Part shown: positions 58,039-64,000 of the stretch, piece after piece
Layout of the letters: every line of letters starts with the position of its first letter
Numbering within the stretch: position 1 is the first letter of the stretch
Assembly: GCA_963741095.1 (NCBI GenBank)
Contig: CAVUGN010000005.1
Location: 64,001-128,000, forward strand
DNA: 64,000 bases
Source: an uncultured Candidatus Micrarchaeota archaeon
Lineage (GTDB): Archaea; Micrarchaeota; Micrarchaeia; Micrarchaeales; Micrarchaeaceae
Reading direction: 5' to 3'
Notes under the pieces: generated by a model
Seen by the model: only the letters and a program-made list of their open reading frames with translations
Database searches by the model: none
Told to the model about the DNA's origin: nothing
Position numbers and translations under genes: made by a program

Positions 58039-58296
58039 TCAGCTCCTGCTCCTGTCAAACAAGGCAAAAAGGGCGACCACCAGCCCGATTATCGCAGCGA
58101 CGATGCCACCTATTTCTAGCAGCTGCGCGTTGGAGCAGGTCTGCGCCCTCTGGCCCCCGAAGAACGTGCTTATGGCCGTGGCAATGGTGCCCCCGGCCGA
58201 ATTGCACTGGGTCACAGTCAGATAGCTCTGCCAGGCCAGCACGGCCCCGACAACCAGCAATATAACTCCAATGATCACTGCACTCTCTTTGCTCAT
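58039..58296 (-). CDS. Small two-TM protein with Cys-bracketed loop
   Basis: TM-C..C-TM pattern. Confidence 0.65.
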   Translation of the reverse strand: MSKESAVIIGVILLVVGAVLAWQSYLTVTQCNSAGGTIATAISTFFGGQRAQTCSNAQLLEIGGIVAAIIGLVVALFALFDRSRS

Positions 58297-58532
58297 CCAA
58301 TTACCCTAAGACAATGCTCAGCAGGCAAATATTAACCTATCTGTTAGGCCCGCTACTGCCATTCACCCACCATACCCCGTTATAACGTCGATAAACGGCT
58401 GTGGCTGCGAACTTGTAACTTTCATCTTCTTGGATAAACTTTTCTATTATCATATTATTATAAAAGTAAAGTAACATTTAAAAAGCAAAGACTTATAAGC
58501 TTAATTAAAGTATACTAATCCGGGGTGATGAA

Positions 58533-59681
58533 ATGTTATACAAAAGCCTATTTGGACTGATAATATCCGTTCTTCTTCTGTCGCAAGCAGTTTATGCTGC
58601 AGGCCCTGCAGCTGTGAATCTTGGGTCTGCGGGGAGTTTTGCCATCCTGTCAAAGTCAGGCATCTCAACCACCGGAACCACCTCGATAATTGGCGATATC
58701 GGAGTGAGCCCAATCGACAGCACAGCCATCACCGGGTTTGGATTAACACTAGATTCATCAACTCAATTTGCAACGTCCCCCATAGTGACTGGAAAAATTT
58801 ATGCGGCTGACTATAGCGTTCCGACCCCGGCCAAAATGACTACTGCCATCGGTGACATGCAAACTGCGTACACCGACGCAGCAGGGAGGACAGACCCCAC
58901 CGCTACTGAATTGGGTGCCGGAAATATCGGCGGAATGACGCTCGCTCCGGGTCTTTATAAATGGTCAACAGGTCTTACAATACCGACAACTGTTACGCTC
59001 TCAGGTGGCCCGAATGATGTCTGGATCTTCCAGGTAGCACAGAATCTCAATGTGGGCAACGGTGTCAGTATCATTCTGAGCGGCGGCGCACAGCCGCAGA
59101 ACGTCTTCTGGGTGGTTGGTGGTCAAGCAACCCTCGGAACAACGTCTAGCTTCGAAGGAATTATACTGTCCCAAACCGCGATTGTGGTAAACACCGGGGC
59201 GCAAGTTAACGGCAGATTGCTCGCGCAGACTGCAGTCACGTTAGACGCTGACGCTGTGACAGCACCGGCAGGTTCAGCATCAACATCAACACCCACGACG
59301 ACAATCAGTGGGCCGTCAACAGCACCAACAACGACAATCAGTAGTGGGCCATCTACTGCACCAACAACTACGATAGCATCGCCTGCATCCACGACAACAA
59401 TTAGCACTACAACAGTTAGCGGAGGCAGCGCATCAACCACTGTCGCAGCGACGACCACGATAACCACCTCTTCAACAACGATTGGGAACGGAGCAACCGC
59501 CACAACAATATTACCCACATCCGGCGCAGGTGGATTGTACTTCACGTGGCAAGGAAGCGGATATTACGAGATAACATCGGGAGGGCCAAGCATATCGGCA
59601 ACCGGCATGAAACCCGGGGTTCAGTATTGGGTCTCGAACAAAGCGTTCATCGACGGAGTCAATTCGTGGATCGGGTCATAG
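58533..59681 (+). CDS. Secreted ice-binding-like (DUF3494) protein with Thr-rich stalk
   Basis: AVNLGSAGSFAILSKSG, TLAPGLYKW, VWIFQ, NVFW, GRLLAQTAVTLD. Confidence 0.92.
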   Translation: MLYKSLFGLIISVLLLSQAVYAAGPAAVNLGSAGSFAILSKSGISTTGTTSIIGDIGVSPIDSTAITGFGLTLDSSTQFATSPIVTGKIYAADYSVPTPAKMTTAIGDMQTAYTDAAGRTDPTATELGAGNIGGMTLAPGLYKWSTGLTIPTTVTLSGGPNDVWIFQVAQNLNVGNGVSIILSGGAQPQNVFWVVGGQATLGTTSSFEGIILSQTAIVVNTGAQVNGRLLAQTAVTLDADAVTAPAGSASTSTPTTTISGPSTAPTTTISSGPSTAPTTTIASPASTTTISTTTVSGGSASTTVAATTTITTSSTTIGNGATATTILPTSGAGGLYFTWQGSGYYEITSGGPSISATGMKPGVQYWVSNKAFIDGVNSWIGS

Positions 59682-59733
59682 ATTTTGTAAAGGGGATACC
59701 GACTGACAATGGGATACTATACTAAGTGATAAA

Positions 59734-60117
59734 ATGGCAGAAAAAATCATGAGATTCAGGGGGAAGAAGAAAGATCTTGACAAGCTTTCGCAGGAGATAA
59801 TGGGAAGGCTTGAGTCGGAAGGCTATACGAATCAATCCACCACGGCTCCCGCTGGGATAATAATACAGACGAAGAAGGCAGGGATAATGAGGGACGTGAT
59901 AGATGCCGATAGGGCGTTTACGATACTGATAGCCGGCCAGCCGAACGATTTTGCGGTGCACATAGGGATAGGCAAATTAGTTCAGAACCTTGCGGTGGCT
60001 GCGACAGAGACGCTGCTGTTGTCTAGTCTGTTCCTGACCGTGGACGTTCCAGAGATGCTCTGGACGAAGCACGTCGAGAACGGTTTGGCGCAGGAAATAA
60101 CAGAGATCGTTGGTTGA
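59734..60117 (+). CDS. Conserved hypothetical protein
   Basis: 127-aa ORF with RBS; AFTILIAGQPNDF.VHIGIGK. Confidence 0.7.
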   Translation: MAEKIMRFRGKKKDLDKLSQEIMGRLESEGYTNQSTTAPAGIIIQTKKAGIMRDVIDADRAFTILIAGQPNDFAVHIGIGKLVQNLAVAATETLLLSSLFLTVDVPEMLWTKHVENGLAQEITEIVG

Positions 60118-60152
60118 CTCCAACGATCGCATCCTTTTATCGGGTGAAAAAA

Positions 60153-60302
60153 ATGAGAGCAGGTTTGCTTGTTGGAGGGTTAATATTCCTAGTCGTGGGA
60201 CTGGGCTTGGATGCGTCGTTGTTGGGCCTGATCGTGGGAATACCCGTAGGAATCATCGGAGTCATAATGATCATAGTGGGTTTTTTCAGTAGGGGCAAAT
60301 AA
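60153..60302 (+). CDS. Small membrane protein (paralog of next gene)
   Basis: MRAGLLVGGL...; GGTGA RBS. Confidence 0.7.
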   Translation: MRAGLLVGGLIFLVVGLGLDASLLGLIVGIPVGIIGVIMIIVGFFSRGK

Positions 60303-60334
60303 AGTGATCTGATAATCAAACTTGGGCGAAAAAA

Positions 60335-60616
60335 ATGAGAGCTGATCTGCTTGTTGGGGGCCTGTTCCTACTGGTCGTAGGCATAGTCCTTGATGTAACG
60401 CTGATAGGGGCAATCCTGGGGTTGCCGATAGGCGCCATTGGCGTTGTAATGATGATTGCAGGGTTTTTCATGGGCGGGGGCGGCGGCAAAGGCCAAACGA
60501 AAGGGCAGCAGAGCTCCGATGAAAAGCAGAGGCGCTACCAGCGCTATCAGGCAGAACAGTACAACAGGCATAGGCGGCAGATAGAATCGCAGGAGAGATC
60601 AAAGAAAAAACAGTAG
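60335..60616 (+). CDS. Small membrane protein with charged tail
   Basis: MRADLLVGGL... paralog of the previous gene. Confidence 0.7.
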   Translation: MRADLLVGGLFLLVVGIVLDVTLIGAILGLPIGAIGVVMMIAGFFMGGGGGKGQTKGQQSSDEKQRRYQRYQAEQYNRHRRQIESQERSKKKQ

Positions 60617-60652
60617 AACTCCTTGGCGCGATCGCGCTTTACGAGTGATTGG

Positions 60653-60880
60653 ATGGAACAAACAAAAAATGAGAAGATGGAAGGCAAGATGAAGATGTGG
60701 AAGATGCAGAAGGAGATGCTCAACTCCATGGGCGACAAGGAACTCCGTGCGTTCATCACGGGCTACATGATGGCCGAATCGAAGATACTGAAGGCGATGA
60801 ACTCAGAGTGCGGCTGCGGCTGTGGTTGCGGACAGGAGTGCAATTGCGAGGACGGTTCTTGCAAGTGCGATGAGAAATGA
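60653..60880 (+). CDS. Small protein with metallothionein-like Cys-rich tail
   Basis: ECGCGCGCGQECNCEDGSCKC. Confidence 0.65.
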   Translation: MEQTKNEKMEGKMKMWKMQKEMLNSMGDKELRAFITGYMMAESKILKAMNSECGCGCGCGQECNCEDGSCKCDEK

Positions 60881-61008
60881 GCAACATGCTCGTTTCCATA
60901 TCCTAGATCCTTACTGAGCGATCCTTTTTCGACAGTTTCCTACATCTTTTTAACTCTGTTTATTACCCGCACCGATACCCTTAATAAATTTGGTTATTAG
61001 GTATTACC

Positions 61009-61410
61009 ATGTCACTGGTGCAAGAGTTCAAGGACTTCATAATGAAGGGAGACGTCATAGACCTTGCGGTTGCAGTGGTGGTGGGGCTCGCCTTCAACAC
61101 CGTCGTGACTGCATTCGTAACCGACATAGTAACTCCATTGATAGGAATTCCCGGTCATGTGAATTTCGCGACATTGACCTACACGATCAACGGCAGTACA
61201 ATCCTGTTTGGCACGTTCGTCAATGCGGTGATAAACTTCATCACGATAGCGCTTGTTGTCTTCTTCTTCATAATAAAGCCGATGTCGAAGATAAAAGAGA
61301 AGACTACGAAGAAGGTAACTCTATCTCCAACAACGAAGCAGTGCCCCGAATGCCTGTCCGTCATACCGATAGGGGCGAAACGCTGCGCCTTCTGCACCTC
61401 CAAATTATGA
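61009..61410 (+). CDS. mscL: Large-conductance mechanosensitive channel with C-terminal zinc ribbon
   Basis: EFKDFIMKGDVIDLAVAVVVG; CPECLS..CAFCT. Confidence 0.93.
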   Translation: MSLVQEFKDFIMKGDVIDLAVAVVVGLAFNTVVTAFVTDIVTPLIGIPGHVNFATLTYTINGSTILFGTFVNAVINFITIALVVFFFIIKPMSKIKEKTTKKVTLSPTTKQCPECLSVIPIGAKRCAFCTSKL

Positions 61411-61445
61411 TCCGACAATATCCGTATGGCATCCTTTCAGAGGTA

Positions 61446-61733
61446 TCATTTCGCCTTAGGAACAGCAAATTCTACTTCGAGCTCCGTTGCCAGCTCTATC
61501 GCCCGTTTGCCTTTTTCCGTTGTCCTGTAAGCTATCGTCCGTCTTCCCGTCTTCGATCTGCTCACCACCTCCTCTATGACCTTTACCTCGATGAGCCCGT
61601 CAAGCCTCTTGGAGACCGTCGCCGAACTCAGTCTGCCCTTTCCGACCTGTATCTTTGTAAAATCATTGAAAGATTTGGGTTCGTTGCCATCGGCCATTAG
61701 CAACATCTCCAAAACTCCCCTTACCATTAGCAT
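61446..61733 (-). CDS. HxlR/MarR-like wHTH regulator, copy 1
   Basis: LSSATVSKRLDGL...YRTTEKG. Confidence 0.8.
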   Translation of the reverse strand: MLMVRGVLEMLLMADGNEPKSFNDFTKIQVGKGRLSSATVSKRLDGLIEVKVIEEVVSRSKTGRRTIAYRTTEKGKRAIELATELEVEFAVPKAK

Positions 61734-61771
61734 TCGATTACCTCATAATACATTGAACAAGCAGATATATA

Positions 61772-61792
61772 ATACTTTAGTTTGTAAAGTAT
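61772..61792. promoter_or_regulatory. Inverted-repeat operator ATACTTTA-N5-TAAAGTAT
   Basis: Perfect 8-bp arms upstream of wHTH copy 1; near-identical copy at 62282-62302. Confidence 0.65.
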
Positions 61793-61929
61793 ATTCTAAT
61801 ATACTAAATAATACATCATTTACTCAAAGAAATCGCCCGTGGACATAAAATAAAAAAGCAGAACAAATGTTAAAAAGACGCACACCCTCTAATCGCAGCA
61901 GGCATTCCTCATGCCTCATACTCTGGATA

Positions 61930-62229
61930 TTATTTCGCCTTCGATATAACGAACAGCTCATGGAGTTCTGCCGCCAGCTTCACGGCCTTTCTGCCTTTTT
62001 CTGTTGCCCTGTACGCTATTATCCTCCTTCCTACCTTCGACCTGGTTATCACCTCCTCTATGACCTTAGCCGCGATAAGCCTGTCAAGCCTCTTTGCAAC
62101 CGTCGCCGAACTCAGTCTGCTCTTCTCGACCTGGATGCCCGTAAAATCATTGAAAGATCTTGGCTCGCCGCCGCTAGCCATCTGCAGAATCTCAATGAAC
62201 CCTCTCTTTATTACCATGTGATCATTCAA
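61930..62229 (-). CDS. HxlR/MarR-like wHTH regulator, copy 2
   Basis: LSSATVAKRLDRL...YRATEKG; tandem paralog. Confidence 0.8.
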   Translation of the reverse strand: MNDHMVIKRGFIEILQMASGGEPRSFNDFTGIQVEKSRLSSATVAKRLDRLIAAKVIEEVITRSKVGRRIIAYRATEKGRKAVKLAAELHELFVISKAK

Positions 62230-62281
62230 ACTTATTGAAGTAATACTATAAATATCTTAACATTGGAGGGCTTTTTATATA

Positions 62282-62302
62282 ATACTTTAGTTTCTAAATT
62301 AT
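62282..62302. promoter_or_regulatory. Second operator copy ATACTTTA-N5-TAAATTAT
   Basis: In divergent intergenic region between wHTH copy 2 and VOC gene. Confidence 0.6.
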
Positions 62303-62402
62303 ACTCTCTAATGAGTAACTTTCAACAGAAATGAAGTATCATGCAAAATAGCAAAGTTATATATACCCTAATAAACTATAATTTAGTACAAGGGGTGTGA
62401 AC

Positions 62403-62873
62403 ATGGCAAAGAACGAAATATACGAGATATCTCATTTCGAGATCCCTGCACGGGATCCGGACAGGTTAAGGAAATTCTACGCCGATGTGTTCGGCTGGAA
62501 GTTCAAGAATTCCGCGGCGCAGAATATGCAGTACTGGAACATAAGCACCGGGACAAAGCATATCCCTGGAGTGAACGGCGGGTTGTACAAGAAGGGAAGT
62601 GAAAACGAGACTCCCGTGAACTACATCAGCACGCCAGACATATACCAGACCATACGGGAGATCAAGAAAGCGGGAGGCAAGATAACCGTGGACGTCAGAA
62701 AAACATTGAAGCACGGCTATACCACAGTGGGCACGGATCCGGAAGGCAATCCGATAGGTCTGTTCGAATCCATGAACAGGGGCTTCCTCAGGGAGAGGGG
62801 CAAGCAGAGCCAGAGCGGAGCGAACAGGGTAAAGTCCAGCCACAGGCACAACATGATGGCGGACAGCAAATAA
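62403..62873 (+). CDS. VOC/glyoxalase-family protein
   Basis: HFEIPARD..FY..VFGWKF, DPEGNPIGL. Confidence 0.9.
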   Translation: MAKNEIYEISHFEIPARDPDRLRKFYADVFGWKFKNSAAQNMQYWNISTGTKHIPGVNGGLYKKGSENETPVNYISTPDIYQTIREIKKAGGKITVDVRKTLKHGYTTVGTDPEGNPIGLFESMNRGFLRERGKQSQSGANRVKSSHRHNMMADSK

Positions 62874-62888
62874 TATTGATGGGATAAC

Positions 62889-63161
62889 ATGGCTAACCAA
62901 ATAAAGGCAGGGCATGGAATAGGGCTATTGGCAACTATCGTTTTGATTGCGCTGATAGTGCTCTTCGTGTTACCGCTCAGCGGTGGCATACTGTACGCGC
63001 TGTTGGTCAACACCGTGGTCGGATTGATAGTAATCTTCCTGGTGAACGCGGTCTTCGGATTGGGCATAAAGTACGATCTGCTCGTGCTTATCTTTGTTGC
63101 CGTGTTCGGGCTGCTTGCAGTGGCAATATTGATAATATTGAACCTGCTGGGCGTGGTGTGA
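62889..63161 (+). CDS. BofA-like small membrane protein
   Basis: NTVVGLIVIFLVN...VFGLLAV. Confidence 0.65.
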   Translation: MANQIKAGHGIGLLATIVLIALIVLFVLPLSGGILYALLVNTVVGLIVIFLVNAVFGLGIKYDLLVLIFVAVFGLLAVAILIILNLLGVV

Positions 63162-63165
63162 TACT

Positions 63166-63441
63166 ATGTTGCTGGCTATAACTTTAGGAGCTATCGAATC
63201 GGAAGTAGTGGTTATAGCCGCAATCTTAGTCGTGCTGTACATAATACTGAAATTCGGCGGAATATTGATCGGCCTCGTACTGAACAGCGTACTGGGCCTG
63301 ATCGCCATATACCTGGTCAACGTCATCTTCAACCTGGGCATAATCTTCAACCTGCTCACGCTGATCGTTGTCGCGATATTCGGCTTGCCGGCAGTTGGCG
63401 TCATAATAATCCTGAAATTGATCGGGATAACGGTACCATGA
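63166..63441 (+). CDS. BofA-like small membrane protein (tandem paralog)
   Basis: NSVLGLIAIYLVN...IFGLPAV. Confidence 0.7.
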   Translation: MLLAITLGAIESEVVVIAAILVVLYIILKFGGILIGLVLNSVLGLIAIYLVNVIFNLGIIFNLLTLIVVAIFGLPAVGVIIILKLIGITVP

Positions 63442-63463
63442 TTCATGTTTAATCGGTGAAACA

Positions 63464-64000
63464 ATGAGCGAACAAGGAAACAGGGAAAAAGTGTACACCG
63501 TTTCGGCAAGACTGGTGTTCTCCACCATAATAGTGTTGTTGGTAGTGGCGCTGGTGCTGGGCGCATCGATTGTGATCAACAAAGGGCCGATAATCCCATT
63601 GCTGGGCATAATACCGATGGGCAACGCAGGCACTGCAACCACGACCATCCCTAACTCGGGCACTAACCCGAACGGGTCACCCATAGTCGTAGAGGCCACA
63701 TGCTCGGCAACCTCTACCTCTTATCTGTGCCAATACCCGTACTTCAATTACACCACTGGCGTATACACGGTCGCGCTAAGCCAAAAATCCGGATTCAACT
63801 GGACTCTGGTTAGCGTGGACTTCGTTCCGTCGAATGCAGTCTACTCGCACGGCGTGCCGGAGCTTTCGTGGTTCGCGTCTAGGAACACGGTCAACGTAAC
63901 GGGCGGATTGCCGTCGAACGTCACCAAGTACGTCAACATACCGATAACCTCTGGGCCGGTGGCCGTAGGCACAAATATAACGGGATCGATCTGGGCCAAG
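63464..64000 (+). CDS. Membrane-anchored protein with pilin-like beta domain (partial, runs off window end)
   Basis: GGTGA RBS; MSEQGNREK, one TM, then CSATSTSYLC...SQKSGFNW...ITGSIWAK. Confidence 0.75.
   Translation, partial: MSEQGNREKVYTVSARLVFSTIIVLLVVALVLGASIVINKGPIIPLLGIIPMGNAGTATTTIPNSGTNPNGSPIVVEATCSATSTSYLCQYPYFNYTTGVYTVALSQKSGFNWTLVSVDFVPSNAVYSHGVPELSWFASRNTVNVTGGLPSNVTKYVNIPITSGPVAVGTNITGSIWAK

Overview
Archaeal DNA, most consistent with a DPANN (Micrarchaeota-like) genome. Evidence: archaeal SecD/SecF/SecE/Sec61beta, NMD3, RIO1, ArgRS, class III (pilin-type) signal peptides, GGTGA-type RBSs and a BHB-intron tRNA. A GC-rich housekeeping backbone is interrupted by several accessory modules. 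(1) A MoxR-AAA/vWA-HExxH pair flanked by ankyrin genes. (2) Surface and pilin-like genes, including a giant Ig-repeat protein with ~3.9 perfect 246-bp repeats. (3) A ~9.3 kb AT-rich island flanked by a 13-bp duplication of the 3' exon of an intron-containing tRNA-Cys. It carries two TrpRS paralogs plus NUDIX-glycosyltransferase, HAD, Zn-dehydrogenase, FkbM, phosphodiesterase and NDP-sugar dehydrogenase genes. (4) A mostly translationally coupled array of seven ankyrin and non-ankyrin genes sharing an N-terminal GKMTxxRxxALKAFVRQ leader. (5) An AT-rich locus where a large double-Lrp/AsnC regulator converges on five 7-8 aa M-x-G-G micro-ORFs with repeated TATA/RBS units, all missed by the ORF track. 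(6) Two tandem pilin-Hint (intein-like) fusion genes. Four tRNAs are present (Cys, Leu, Arg, Glu). All calls come from reading motifs by eye; no database searches were run.
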